Below, one piece after another: positions 8,931-18,652 of a stretch of 32,000 bases of DNA. The position numbers were made by a program, and so were the translations under genes. The notes below the pieces were generated by a model. It saw only the letters and a program-made list of their open reading frames with translations. It was not told where the DNA came from and did no database searches. Within the stretch, counting starts at the first letter, position 1, and each line of letters opens with the position of its first letter. Source of the DNA: Nanoarchaeum equitans Kin4-M (GTDB taxonomy: Archaea > Nanobdellota > Nanobdellia > Nanobdellales > Nanoarchaeaceae); NCBI GenBank assembly GCA_000008085.1, contig AE017199.1, positions 270,001 to 302,000 on the forward strand, read 5' to 3'.

Positions 8931-9015
8931 TGCGGCCGCGGGGATTCGAACCCCGGCAGGGACTACCCCATCGGGTCTTAAGCCCGACCCCTTTGGCCAG
9001 CTCGGGCACGGCCGC
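8931..9015 (-). tRNA. tRNA-Leu (anticodon UAA), type II with long variable arm, no intron, no encoded CCA
   Basis: Minus strand GCGGCCG-TG-CCCGAGCTGGCCAAAGGGG-TCGGG-CTTAAGA-CCCGA-TGGGGTAGTCCCTGC-CGGGG-TTCGAAT-CCCCG-CGGCCGC-A; acceptor, anticodon and T stems fully paired. Confidence 0.95.
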
Positions 9016-9044
9016 AGTAGTTAATACAAAATCAATTTAAAAAT

Positions 9045-9572
9045 TTAGTAGCCGAAGACAATTTTTAATTCCCTCTTAGCATTTTCTTCGCTATCTGAGG
9101 CATGGACCACATTATAAACAGCTCTCCCTTCTAAGTTTGCAACCTCAATAGAATCACTAGAGAAATCCCCTCTAATGGTGCCAGGCAAAGCTTTTAATGG
9201 GTCTGTATCTCCAATTAAAGTTCTAACCTTCTCTATAGCTTTGTCTCCTTTAATTCTAATAGCTACGACCTTTCCTGATAATATATATTCTATTAATGCC
9301 TCTCTAACTTTTTTGCCTATCTCTATTGGGTCTCTAGTTTTATATACTTGTTCTATGTCCAAGCCTTTTTCTTCAAATATTTTTATTAGCTTGTTACCCA
9401 CTTTTTCATACCAACTTTCGGGGAAAACATAAAATTGTTCTGCCATTTCTCTAGTGAATTGTAACATCTTAATATCGGTTATTTCTAAACCTGCATTTTC
9501 TATTCTTTCTATTATTTTACCTATAAGTTTTCTTTTTACCCCGTCAGGCTTTATCATAAGAAGGGTTTCCAT
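9045..9572 (-). CDS. ndk: Nucleoside diphosphate kinase
   Basis: METLLMIKPDGVKRKLIGKIIERIE..., PGTIRGDFSSDSIEVANLEGRAVYNVVHASDSEENAKRE. Confidence 0.95.
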   Translation of the reverse strand: METLLMIKPDGVKRKLIGKIIERIENAGLEITDIKMLQFTREMAEQFYVFPESWYEKVGNKLIKIFEEKGLDIEQVYKTRDPIEIGKKVREALIEYILSGKVVAIRIKGDKAIEKVRTLIGDTDPLKALPGTIRGDFSSDSIEVANLEGRAVYNVVHASDSEENAKRELKIVFGY

Positions 9573-9648
9573 TGGGATAGCAAAATATTCAAATTAGAGG
9601 TTTGCTTCATTATTAGACAATTTTTAAATATTACTCTTTAGTAGTATA

Positions 9649-10062
9649 ATGGACTTAGAAACGAATAAAAGAAAACTAAATTTCCTAATTAGAAACCCCA
9701 TAAAAGCAATGTCCAAACTAGGAGAAGTTCGTGCTTTTTTATCTAAGGACAAACTTGTTATATACAATAATTTTTTCAAAACTGGCAAAGGATTCCTTTA
9801 CTATTTAACTCCAAGTGAAGAAGAGTTGTATGGAGTAATTAAGAAAAAAATGAAATATCTTGAGGTACCGGTTGTACCACCCTTTGCCCGAGAGATTGGA
9901 TATTATGGGGAATGCCGAGACATGGGTTTTGGTTATTATTGTAAACCTTACTCCTTTTTATTGCTATATGGAAAATACGAAAACCCTCTTGTTGGTCGTT
10001 TGATGGAATTGTATATCAAAACCAATATAGAGTATTTAAAAGACTATTTTAATCTATTATAA
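9649..10062 (+). CDS. Hypothetical protein, 137 aa
   Basis: Intact ORF with promoter-like upstream (TTTTTAAATATT); only the 3' end overlaps serS. Confidence 0.6.
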   Translation: MDLETNKRKLNFLIRNPIKAMSKLGEVRAFLSKDKLVIYNNFFKTGKGFLYYLTPSEEELYGVIKKKMKYLEVPVVPPFAREIGYYGECRDMGFGYYCKPYSFLLLYGKYENPLVGRLMELYIKTNIEYLKDYFNLL

Positions 10063-11498
10063 TTTAGTTCAAACAAATTGTTTTCCAACAAAGCGGTCAT
10101 TGCCCTTTGTATAGGTAAAGCTGTAGCATATATTGTATTAACATAGCCTTTCGAGTATTTTATGTTTAACCTTCTGGCTTGCCATTCCTCTACAGTTCCA
10201 AAGGAATGTAATTCCCTATATTTCTCTTGGGCTGGGTAATAGACTTCTAAATCCCATTGCATTGTAACTTTTTTATCCATATCTCCAGAGGAATTAAATA
10301 CTATCCTATAAGGGAGGCCTAACTTTTTAACTATTGTTTCAGCATTGGAAACTAAGAAATTGTATATTTCTAATAGTTGTTCTTTAGTTGTGAAAGCGTA
10401 TTGTTCTATTTTTTCAAATTGGTGTACTCTAAATATGCCTTTTGTATCTTTTCCATGACTTCCCGCTTCTTTTCTAAAAGCAGTAGTAAAGCCATATACT
10501 ATTAAAGGCAACTCGTTATCATTAAAATAATAATCTTTGTATAAACCAGCAATTGGATGTTCAGCGGTAGGGTTTAGATATAGATCTTCGCCCTCTATTT
10601 TGTATAATGTATCTTCAAAAGCTGTAAAATATGCTGCAGCTTTTTCTACCCAACCCCTAACTAAATAAGGTAGCTTCATTATTTTGTAATTATATTTTCC
10701 TTCAGTCCTACTTTTTAAGGTTTCTAAAACAAACTTAATTAGTTTTAATTCCATAAACAAACCTTTTTCAAATTCGACATAAAATCTAGAGCCAGCTATC
10801 TTTGAGCCTAATTCTTGGTCGGCAATATTTAGCTCTTTAGTTAAATCATAATGATGTTTAGCTTTGTCTATTTTTATATATAATACTAACCCTTCTTTGT
10901 TTAACAAATCAAAGTCTATTGCCTCATCGGGATTAACAAAATATTCAGGATTAGTACTTCTAAGAAAATCTATTAATTCTTTGTATGTTAGGCTATCCTT
11001 TATATACCTAGGATCTAATTCCAAAATATTAATCGGTTTTCTTTGAGTTTCTTGTTTGAATTTTTCTACATCCAAAACTTTCGCTACTCCCCAATATTTT
11101 AATGGTTTGTTATACCTTTCGTCTTCTCCAATGGGGACATCTTCTCTAATATAATTGGGCATCCTCCATAGAATATCGTTTCTCTTACTTTCTATTTCCT
11201 TCAATTGTTTTTCCAAAATTTCTATCTCTTTTTTTAAGGATTTGGCTAAAGTTATCAGATATTCTTTATCATCTTTAAGCTCTATTTTTGTATTGCAATT
11301 GTGCTCTAATTTGCCTGTAGCGATGGCCTTAGAGATTGCATTGTGCAAACATCTTAGATTATCCAATTCTTTTTTCAAAGATCGCCACAAATTATCATAA
11401 GCCAAAAATTCGTCAACTATACTAGTATCCATGAATCTTTTCTTTAACATTTCTTTGTATTTCTCTGGGTATTTACGCAAAAATTCTACATCAATCAT
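10044..11498 (-). CDS. serS: Seryl-tRNA synthetase
   Basis: N-terminal coiled coil; class II motifs LNPTAEHPIAGLYKDYYF, GFTTAFRKEAGSHGKDTKGIFRVHQFEKIEQYAFT, TVEEWQARRLNIKY. Confidence 0.93.
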   Translation of the reverse strand: MIDVEFLRKYPEKYKEMLKKRFMDTSIVDEFLAYDNLWRSLKKELDNLRCLHNAISKAIATGKLEHNCNTKIELKDDKEYLITLAKSLKKEIEILEKQLKEIESKRNDILWRMPNYIREDVPIGEDERYNKPLKYWGVAKVLDVEKFKQETQRKPINILELDPRYIKDSLTYKELIDFLRSTNPEYFVNPDEAIDFDLLNKEGLVLYIKIDKAKHHYDLTKELNIADQELGSKIAGSRFYVEFEKGLFMELKLIKFVLETLKSRTEGKYNYKIMKLPYLVRGWVEKAAAYFTAFEDTLYKIEGEDLYLNPTAEHPIAGLYKDYYFNDNELPLIVYGFTTAFRKEAGSHGKDTKGIFRVHQFEKIEQYAFTTKEQLLEIYNFLVSNAETIVKKLGLPYRIVFNSSGDMDKKVTMQWDLEVYYPAQEKYRELHSFGTVEEWQARRLNIKYSKGYVNTIYATALPIQRAMTALLENNLFELNYNRLK

Positions 11499-11525
11499 AT
11501 AAATAGAACATACTATAATTTAATA

Positions 11526-11954
11526 ATGGACATAATGAACAAACAAGCCATTAGGGATTTATTTAAAAGGTTGGAAAAGGAGTATGGATTAACAGAGCAA
11601 GAGAGGTTTATGAACTATTATTATTTAAGAGGGAAAAAGAAAATATTTATAATTAATAAACCAATCGAAATAGAGAAAAAAGAAAGAGAGGGCATACATA
11701 TAATTAGTGAAGAGCCATTTGGCTTAAGGCTAACAATTGAAGGCTCTCAAATGTTTGGGCCTTTCCTTACAAAAAAAGTAATAGAATTAAATAGGGAACA
11801 ATTTTTGCAATATTTGAGAGGTAAAGACTTAGAAATCGAAACTCCCTATAAAAAGGAATTCGTCGTTTTGAAATATAATAACATATTTTTAGGAAGTGGG
11901 TTAGCTTATCCTAATAAGATTATAAATTATTTACCCAAAGCTAGAAGGATATGA
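11526..11954 (+). CDS. PUA-like RNA-binding domain protein (weak assignment)
   Basis: EGIHIISEEPFGLRLTIEGSQMFGPFLTKKVIELNREQFLQYLRGKDLEIE...VVLKYNNIFLGSGLAYPNKIINYLPKARRI resembles PUA-like tails of RNA modification enzymes. Confidence 0.5.
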   Translation: MDIMNKQAIRDLFKRLEKEYGLTEQERFMNYYYLRGKKKIFIINKPIEIEKKEREGIHIISEEPFGLRLTIEGSQMFGPFLTKKVIELNREQFLQYLRGKDLEIETPYKKEFVVLKYNNIFLGSGLAYPNKIINYLPKARRI

Positions 11955-12436
11955 GGGCTTTCTATAGTATAGCGCTATTCTCTATATTAACTTTGATATC
12001 CCTTTTGATAGCCCATGTTCTAATAACAAAAACCAACCCAAAATCTGTTGAAAAGGCCGAAAAGTATATACCTTTGCAAAAACCAGATTTAGAAAAGAAA
12101 AAAGGTTATATAGATGTTTGTTCTCTAAGAAAAGAAAATATGGTTGCTGCAATATTAAGATATGGCAGTGCTGCTCCAACTTTGTGTTATAATTGCTATA
12201 AAAATAGGGACGAATGTTTAAGGTGGTTTTTAGAATTTAAATCCAAATTTAATGGAACAATACTTAATACTGAAGACAAATGCAAATCAGAGAAAAACTA
12301 TTATTATAGGTTAGCTTGTTATCTAATTAACGATGTGAGCCCTATAAAGATTTATTGCAAATACATTAAAGAAGATGTAAAATTTGCAAATTTTGTTAGG
12401 GATTATTTTGACTTGTATTCGTTAGATTGCCCTTAA
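11951..12436 (+). CDS. Membrane-anchored/secreted Cys-containing protein, unknown
   Basis: N-terminal TM (YSIALFSILTLISLLIAHVLI), extracytoplasmic part with about 9 Cys; 4-bp overlap with upstream gene. Confidence 0.6.
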   Translation: MRAFYSIALFSILTLISLLIAHVLITKTNPKSVEKAEKYIPLQKPDLEKKKGYIDVCSLRKENMVAAILRYGSAAPTLCYNCYKNRDECLRWFLEFKSKFNGTILNTEDKCKSEKNYYYRLACYLINDVSPIKIYCKYIKEDVKFANFVRDYFDLYSLDCP

Positions 12437-12889
12437 AATTAGATCGTTTATTTTTTCTCCTCTATAACCCAAAGCACCTCCTTCGTTAAAATGTTTTTTT
12501 ATTCCTTTTTTTCCATACCCCTTAGATGGGGGCCTTAGCCTAAAGAATGGTTTTATTCCCAATTCTTTTAAAGTAACTTTTCCCTCGATTAATGCTTTGG
12601 CCAATTCTTCAAATGAATTAAAACCTTTTTCTTTTATATATTCTAAAGTAAGTTTTTTCCTCCTACTAATTCTACCCCTTTTCTTTAACAATTCTGCTAG
12701 GGTTTTTTCATCAATTTCGCCCCATGTAATATAGTCTTTGGCTTTTTGTATCATCCCTTCTATAGATTCGGTTTTTGGCATAATTGATAAATAGTTCTTC
12801 CTATGTACTCTCAATAGTTTTAGAGTATCTTCTATGTCTTTTCTAACATCTACCCTACCCCTAACTCTAAATATGGCATATAAGGCCAT
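12422..12889 (-). CDS. rpl30: Ribosomal protein uL30
   Basis: YAIFRVRGRVDVRKDIEDTLKLLRVHRKNYLSIMPKTESIEGMIQKAKDYITWGEIDEKTLAELLKKRGR...FFRLRPPSKGYGKKGIKKHFNEGGALGYRG. Confidence 0.95.
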   Translation of the reverse strand: MALYAIFRVRGRVDVRKDIEDTLKLLRVHRKNYLSIMPKTESIEGMIQKAKDYITWGEIDEKTLAELLKKRGRISRRKKLTLEYIKEKGFNSFEELAKALIEGKVTLKELGIKPFFRLRPPSKGYGKKGIKKHFNEGGALGYRGEKINDLILRAI

Positions 12890-12918
12890 TGGCTTTCCAT
12901 TATTTCATAATTTAAAAA

Positions 12919-12967
12919 TCAGTGTGTGGATTTTTCTTCATTATTCAGAGGGTGTTCACTTCATCAC
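12919..12967 (-). ncRNA. C/D box guide sRNA (core coordinates; mature ends a few nt beyond)
   Basis: Minus strand: C box GTGATGA - guide AGTGAACACCCT (12 nt) - D' CTGA - ATA - C' ATGAAGA (1 mismatch) - guide AAAATCCACACA (12 nt) - D CTGA - TTTTT. In the uL30/PRC-barrel intergenic gap. Confidence 0.82.
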
Positions 12968-13001
12968 CAAAGGCTTTAAATAGAATAATTTAAAGATTGC
13001 T

Positions 13002-13250
13002 ATGAGAACACCAGCGAGAGAGTATTTTGGTAAGCTCGTTATTAGCCAAACAGGAAAAAAATTTGGAATAGTGAGCGATTTGGTTTTTGACAAGAAAACT
13101 GGTGAAATAGTATTTTTAGTAATAAAAGAACCAACCCCCCATTTGGAAAAATATAATCTAGAAAAAGACATTGATGGGTCTTATTTAATACCATTTAGCG
13201 CTGTAAGATCAATAGGAGATTTCGTTGTTATAGATGAGAGCGAATTATAA
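13002..13250 (+). CDS. PRC-barrel domain protein
   Basis: REYFGKLVISQTGKKFGIVSDLVFDKKTGEIVFLVIKEP...YLIPFSAVRSIGDFVVIDE. Confidence 0.85.
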   Translation: MRTPAREYFGKLVISQTGKKFGIVSDLVFDKKTGEIVFLVIKEPTPHLEKYNLEKDIDGSYLIPFSAVRSIGDFVVIDESEL

Positions 13251-13646
13251 ATCTGGATAATTGGTATATAATTTGCCTCCTCTCAATTCCATATAGAAAC
13301 CGCCTTTTTTGATTATTTCTCTTTTTAAGTCTTTGTCTAAAGTTAATATAACAAAATCTTTAGATAGATCTTTCAAAATTTCGTCAGTTTTCCCATCTAA
13401 GTTTAATATTTGGGCATTTATTATTTTTAGATATTGCAAAGCCAATTTTGCGTTCCTTCTATATCGGCCCTTCCTTTTAGGATCATTAGCAATAGCTTTT
13501 AGCTCATTTAAGATAGATTTTGTTACATAGTATTCGGCTTTGTATTTTTTGTTAATTAAATCTATAATGTCTATACCGTAATTAAATATAGCCATAATAG
13601 CGTTTGTGTCTAATATTATGCGCATACCATTTTTATTTTCTACCAA
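13245..13646 (-). CDS. PIN-domain (Fcf1/Utp24-like or VapC9-like) ribonuclease; start may be 13625
   Basis: RIILDTNAIM, ILNELKAIA, FVILTLDKDLKREIIKKGG. Confidence 0.85.
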   Translation of the reverse strand: MVENKNGMRIILDTNAIMAIFNYGIDIIDLINKKYKAEYYVTKSILNELKAIANDPKRKGRYRRNAKLALQYLKIINAQILNLDGKTDEILKDLSKDFVILTLDKDLKREIIKKGGFYMELRGGKLYTNYPDL

Positions 13647-13657
13647 ATTAAAAGCCT

Positions 13658-14254
13658 ATGCTATTAAATGATAGAGAAATTAAAGAGCTAATAGACAAAA
13701 AAGAGATAATTATTGAGCCTTTTTCCTATGAACAAATCCAACCAGCATCGATAGATCTAAGGCTAGGCAATAGATTTAGAATTTTCAGAAAAGGCGAAAT
13801 AGAGGTAATTGATCCCAAGGATTTTAAGGATGAACTAATAAAGATAGAACAAGATGAAAATAAAATAATTGAAAAATACAAATATACCGATGTAATTATT
13901 ACAGAGAACCCTTTCATTATTTATCCAGGGGATTTTGTTTTAGCCTCTATATATGAATATATAAAATTGCCAAGATATATAGCAGCACAATTGCATGGCA
14001 AATCCTCTATAGCTAGGTTAGGTTTAATTATACATACATCTGCAGGTTGGATAGACCCTGGTTATGAGGGCCATCTAACATTAGAAATATTTAATACTAA
14101 CAATGTGCCAATTAAGCTTTACCCTAAAATGAAAATAGCACAATTGCAGCTATTTAGAATAAATCCTGTAGAGAGAGACTATAAAGAAAAAGGAGGTAAA
14201 TACTATAAAGAAAAAGGTGCTACCTCTAGTGAGATATGGAAAGACTTTATATAG
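13658..14254 (+). CDS. dcd: dCTP deaminase family protein
   Basis: IQPASIDLRLGNRF, LHGKSSIARLGLIIHTSAGWIDPGYEGHLTLEIFN. Confidence 0.93.
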   Translation: MLLNDREIKELIDKKEIIIEPFSYEQIQPASIDLRLGNRFRIFRKGEIEVIDPKDFKDELIKIEQDENKIIEKYKYTDVIITENPFIIYPGDFVLASIYEYIKLPRYIAAQLHGKSSIARLGLIIHTSAGWIDPGYEGHLTLEIFNTNNVPIKLYPKMKIAQLQLFRINPVERDYKEKGGKYYKEKGATSSEIWKDFI

Positions 14255-15017
14255 GGAAACTTAAATAGAATAAAGCTTTTTCCCTAAAAGGCTCAAATTT
14301 TACCTTTATTTTTAATGTTTTTTCTAAATATGCTTTTACATCATCCATGGTTCCAATATAATCGATTAAACCACATTTTTTAGCTTCTATTCCTAAAAAT
14401 ATGGTGCTTTCCTTTACTTTAGATAAGCATTCCTTTTTTATATCTCTATGCTCTAATACATCGGTTAAAAAGAAATTATATAATTTGTCTGCCAATTCAT
14501 TATAATATTGCTTAGTATAATTATCTAAAGGCAACAAAGGATTGCTAAACTCTTTGTATTTCCCTTTAGAGAAAGAATAATATTTTACTCCTAATTTAGA
14601 TAACAAACCGCTTAGGTCTATTTTGCCTATTAATACTCCAACGCTCCCAACGAAGCTTAATTCATTAGCAAATATTTTATTTGTATGAGTAGCAATCCAA
14701 TAAGAAGCAGAAGTGCCATATTGTGCAATATAAGAAATTTTAGTTTTGTTTATTCTATCTAAATATTTGATAATTCTATATGTTGGTTCTGGAGCGCCCC
14801 CAGGAGAGTCTATATATAAAACAATAGCTTTGTAGTCCTTAGCTTCTTTTAAAAAATCTATAACCTTTTCAGCGAAATCGCTCGTTATTGGCTTGTCTAT
14901 GTATATAACTGCAACATTCCCTTTAGTTAAAATGGAATATATATGGGAAAACAAGATTATCCCAACTAAAAATAAAATCCAAGAATTTCTTTTTATTATA
15001 TCTTTTATATCATTCAT
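14247..15017 (-). CDS. sppA: SppA/S49 membrane-anchored signal peptide peptidase
   Basis: N-terminal TM; YIDSPGGAPEPTYRI, AQYGTSASYWIA (nucleophile Ser), FVGSVGVL. Confidence 0.88.
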   Translation of the reverse strand: MNDIKDIIKRNSWILFLVGIILFSHIYSILTKGNVAVIYIDKPITSDFAEKVIDFLKEAKDYKAIVLYIDSPGGAPEPTYRIIKYLDRINKTKISYIAQYGTSASYWIATHTNKIFANELSFVGSVGVLIGKIDLSGLLSKLGVKYYSFSKGKYKEFSNPLLPLDNYTKQYYNELADKLYNFFLTDVLEHRDIKKECLSKVKESTIFLGIEAKKCGLIDYIGTMDDVKAYLEKTLKIKVKFEPFREKALFYLSFPI

Positions 15018-15430
15018 TCTATTTCAATTCCAAGGGATTGTAAGTTCTCCTTTGTTGTTTCTGCAATATATTTGGCTTTTACAACTATTGGATATGGCTT
15101 AGTTAGCCTTCCTATTAATTTGTTATAGCCCAATTTTTCTAAATCTATTATATATTTGTCCCCTTCTTTAGTTACTAAACCCTTTTTGTATAGGTTATCT
15201 AGATTTTCAACAATAGTTCTTATATTTATAGCTTTAATTTCCTTAGTTGTAGGGTTATTAAATCCTTTTGCGGGTATATAAATGGATTTCTTATGGTCTT
15301 TCATTTTACCATAACCAGCTTTTCCCCTTCCTCCTCTAATACCGGCATTTCTATTTCTATCATTGTAACCCCTTCTAGCATGTCTTTCCCCTTTATATTT
15401 ATGGTATTTTTTCCTTCTCCTAACTACCAT
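15014..15430 (-). CDS. rpl15: Ribosomal protein uL15
   Basis: MVVRRRKKYHKYKGERHARRGYNDRNRNAGIRGGRGKAGYGKMKDHKK...IDLEKLGYNKLIGRLTKPYPIVVKAKY. Confidence 0.88.
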   Translation of the reverse strand: MVVRRRKKYHKYKGERHARRGYNDRNRNAGIRGGRGKAGYGKMKDHKKSIYIPAKGFNNPTTKEIKAINIRTIVENLDNLYKKGLVTKEGDKYIIDLEKLGYNKLIGRLTKPYPIVVKAKYIAETTKENLQSLGIEIE

Positions 15431-15478
15431 TACGCATAAAAGCGAAACTTATTAAAAAATGTTTATTGATAGGCCTAA

Positions 15479-17584
15479 ATGCTTAGGCTAGAGGAAATAG
15501 ATTTGGATACTATTAAAAAGGAATTGGACGAAGAAAGGAAAAAAGTTGAAGAAATTATGAAAGGAAATATTCCAACAGAAATAAAAGATCTTATTAAAAT
15601 GGTATTGTTTATTGTGGAATCCCCAAACAAAGCTAGAACTATAGCTAATTTCTTTGGCAAACCTTCTGTAAGAAGGATAGGAAATATAAAAGCTTACGAA
15701 ACCACAACAGGTAAATATATATTAACGATAGTTGCCACAAAGGGACATCTATTTGAATTAACATTAAAGGAAGAAGGTGTTTATGGCGTATTAAAAGAAA
15801 AAGAGTATGTACCGATTTTTTCCCCAATAAAAAAATGTTTAGATTGTGGGCATCAATTTGTTGACGAAGATAAATGTCCAAGATGTGGGTCTGAAAATAT
15901 AGATGATGCCAGCGATAGGATTAAGGTTTTAAGAGATTTGGCCCAAGAAGCAGATATAGTTTTGATCGGAACCGACCCCGATGCGGAAGGGGAAAAAATA
16001 GCTTATGATGTTTATAGCATTATAAGACCATACAATAAAAACATCTATAGGGCAGAATTCCACGAGGTAACTAGGCAAGCTATTATAAAAGCATTAGAAG
16101 AGATAAGGGATATAAATACAAATAGAGTTAAAGCCCAATTGGTTAGAAGGATAGAAGATAGATGGATAGGGTTTGCTCTATCTCAAAGATTATGGAGTAG
16201 GTTTAAGAAAAAAACTTTGTCCGCTGGAAGAGTACAAACCCCGGTATTGGGCTTTATAATAAAAAGGTATGAAGAATATAAAAAGAATAGAGCCCATTAT
16301 TATGCTGTAAAAACCAGTGATTTTGAAGTAACTTTCATTAGCGACGATCCCTTAGAAAAATATGATAAAACAATAAAAATAGAGAAAATAGAAGAAAAAG
16401 AAAGCGAAAAGAAACCTTTGCCTCCTTATACTACAGATAGTTTATTAAGAGATGCCGTAATAGAGCTAAGATTAAGCGTTGATAAAATAATGGCTTTAGC
16501 TCAAAACCTATTTGAATGGGGTTTAATTACCTACCATAGAACAGATTCAACACATATATCTAATTTGGGAATCCAAATAGCGCAAACATATATAGAAAAT
16601 ACTTTCGGTAAGGAATATTTTTATCCTAGACATTGGGGAGAAGAAGGCACACACGAAGCTATTAGGCCTACTAAACCAATAGATACCGAAACCTTAATAA
16701 AAATGCTAAGAGAAGGCGATATTCAAATACAAGGTATAACTAAAGAGCATATTAGGTTGTACGATCTAATTTTTAGAAGGTTTATAGCGAGCCAAATGAA
16801 GCCATTTATTGCTATAGAAACCAAATTTAATGCTGTATGGTCTAACTTAAATACAACAATAGAAGGCATTACAGATATAAAAGAGAATGGGTGGAATTTA
16901 ATTAAACCGATTAAATTGTTAGCAATAAAAGAAGGGGAATACGAAGTTATTGATGTTAAACATTGGATTGGCTCTAAAGTTCCATTGTATACTCAAGCGG
17001 ATGTTATTGAATTAATGAAAGAGCAAAACATTGGAAGGCCTTCAACATATGCAACAATAGTTAAAAAGCTCTTTGAGAGATATTATGTAATAGAAAAAAA
17101 CCAAAGGCTAATACCAACAGAGAGGGGCATAAAAGTATACCAATATTTAACAGAGAGGTTTGGCCATTTAGTTGATGTAAAATTAACTGCGGATTTGTTA
17201 GAAAAAATGGATAGAATAGAAAATGGCGAACTGGATTACATGGATGTATTAAGATCTTTTAAAAAAGAGCTAATAGAAATATGGAAAACGAAAGAAACCA
17301 AATATATTGCAGATGGAATATATAAATGGAAAGAATATTCTGTGCCTGCAATAGTTTATGAGAGGTATGAAAAAATACTAAAAAGGAAAAAGGTTTATCC
17401 TGAATATCTAACACCATGGTCTAGGGCTATTTATAATGCTTTACCATTAGATAATGAAATAGAAAAACAAACATTGGCTTTAGCAATAGAGAAAGACTTT
17501 GAAATACTAACTAAAAAACCTATACTTAGAGAATACAAAAAGAAGTATGAACATTTAAAGAATTTGGTCGACCAACTATTATAA
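15479..17584 (+). CDS. Reverse gyrase topoisomerase subunit (type IA half, split from helicase-like half)
   Basis: Toprim [28 protein letters not shown], zinc finger [73 protein letters not shown], active-site region [16 protein letters not shown]. No helicase domain upstream. Confidence 0.93.
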   Translation: MLRLEEIDLDTIKKELDEERKKVEEIMKGNIPTEIKDLIKMVLFIVESPNKARTIANFFGKPSVRRIGNIKAYETTTGKYILTIVATKGHLFELTLKEEGVYGVLKEKEYVPIFSPIKKCLDCGHQFVDEDKCPRCGSENIDDASDRIKVLRDLAQEADIVLIGTDPDAEGEKIAYDVYSIIRPYNKNIYRAEFHEVTRQAIIKALEEIRDINTNRVKAQLVRRIEDRWIGFALSQRLWSRFKKKTLSAGRVQTPVLGFIIKRYEEYKKNRAHYYAVKTSDFEVTFISDDPLEKYDKTIKIEKIEEKESEKKPLPPYTTDSLLRDAVIELRLSVDKIMALAQNLFEWGLITYHRTDSTHISNLGIQIAQTYIENTFGKEYFYPRHWGEEGTHEAIRPTKPIDTETLIKMLREGDIQIQGITKEHIRLYDLIFRRFIASQMKPFIAIETKFNAVWSNLNTTIEGITDIKENGWNLIKPIKLLAIKEGEYEVIDVKHWIGSKVPLYTQADVIELMKEQNIGRPSTYATIVKKLFERYYVIEKNQRLIPTERGIKVYQYLTERFGHLVDVKLTADLLEKMDRIENGELDYMDVLRSFKKELIEIWKTKETKYIADGIYKWKEYSVPAIVYERYEKILKRKKVYPEYLTPWSRAIYNALPLDNEIEKQTLALAIEKDFEILTKKPILREYKKKYEHLKNLVDQLL

Positions 17585-17612
17585 CTTTAAATCAATCCCT
17601 ATTTTTCTTCAG

Positions 17613-17990
17613 ATGGCTGAGAAACCACCATATGTAAAGTTTGAAGTTCCAGAAGAGTTAGCAAATAAGGTCTATGAACTGGTTAGAAAAGCCAGAGAGA
17701 CCGGAAAAATAAGGAAAGGAACCAACGAGACAACTAAAGCTGTAGAGAGGGGACAAGCTAAACTAGTTATAATAGCAGAGAATGTTAACCCTCCAGAAAT
17801 AGTAATGCATTTGCCAGCATTGTGCGAAGAGAAAGGTGTACCATATGTTTATGTCCCATCCAAGGAAGAATTAGGTAAAGCAGCGGGAATAAATGTTAGT
17901 GCTGCTTCCGCAGCTATAATAGATGCAGGAGAAGCAAAAGACTTGTTAGAAGAAATTATTAGAAGTGTACAAGAACTAAAAGCTAAATGA
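17613..17990 (+). CDS. rpl7ae: Ribosomal protein L7Ae (eL8), kink-turn binding protein
   Basis: [79 protein letters not shown]. Confidence 0.97.
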   Translation: MAEKPPYVKFEVPEELANKVYELVRKARETGKIRKGTNETTKAVERGQAKLVIIAENVNPPEIVMHLPALCEEKGVPYVYVPSKEELGKAAGINVSAASAAIIDAGEAKDLLEEIIRSVQELKAK

Positions 17991-18427
17991 AATGCCCTGT
18001 TTGTGGCAATAAATTAGAAACTATTGAAACTGTAAAAGAGATTCCTTATTTTGGAAAAGTTCTAATTAGTACATTAAAATGCAACAAATGTGGGTGGAAA
18101 GATACTAAAATTTACATATTGGAAAGCAAGCCTCCGGTAGAGTTCAAATATACAATAAATAAAGATAATTTAGGGAAACTATTTGTTCTAAGCGAGGGCA
18201 CAACAATTAATATACCAGAGTTAGGCATTACATACAAATCTGTTGGAGAAAATAAAATTACGACATTAGAAGGCTTAATAATGGACATAATCGATAGGCT
18301 AAAAATATTAAAAGATGAAAAAGTTAAAGAATTGGAAAAAATTTTAGAACAAGTCAAAGAAGGTAATAGATCCCTAGATATAGAAGTTAGGGATGAATTA
18401 GGGCTATCTAAGGTATTGGATTGGTAA
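17987..18427 (+). CDS. ZPR1-type zinc-finger protein
   Basis: [40 protein letters not shown]...[14 protein letters not shown]...TTLEGLI. Confidence 0.85.
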   Translation: MKCPVCGNKLETIETVKEIPYFGKVLISTLKCNKCGWKDTKIYILESKPPVEFKYTINKDNLGKLFVLSEGTTINIPELGITYKSVGENKITTLEGLIMDIIDRLKILKDEKVKELEKILEQVKEGNRSLDIEVRDELGLSKVLDW

Positions 18428-18622
18428 TTTGTTTTGCTCTTTGAATTTAACTAGCCTTACTAAATAACCCGCTATTTGGTTTCTGAATTTTTTTGATACT
18501 TTCTTTAATAGGGCTTGGACTAGTTTTTTGTTTTTTTCAAAATCTTTGGTCCATATATCGGGATATCTTTTAAATAGTTCTAAAGCAGTCCTTTTTACTA
18601 CTTTTATTTTTACTCTACCCAT
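18404..18622 (-). CDS. rps17e: Ribosomal protein eS17
   Basis: MGRVKIKVVKRTALELFKRYPDIWTKDFEKNKKLVQALLKKVSKKFRNQIAGYLVRLVK. Confidence 0.93.
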   Translation of the reverse strand: MGRVKIKVVKRTALELFKRYPDIWTKDFEKNKKLVQALLKKVSKKFRNQIAGYLVRLVKFKEQNKLPIQYLR

Positions 18623-18652
18623 GTGAAGTAATACAATTTAGCTTTATAAATT

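Noticed and set aside
10864-11400. Plus-strand ORFs antisense to serS (10864..11046, 11155..11400)
   Set aside because: Shadow ORFs opposite well-conserved SerRS sequence.
12956-13171. 71-aa minus-strand ORF over the PRC-barrel gene and C/D sRNA 5' region
   Set aside because: The PRC-barrel protein on the plus strand is clearly the coding frame.
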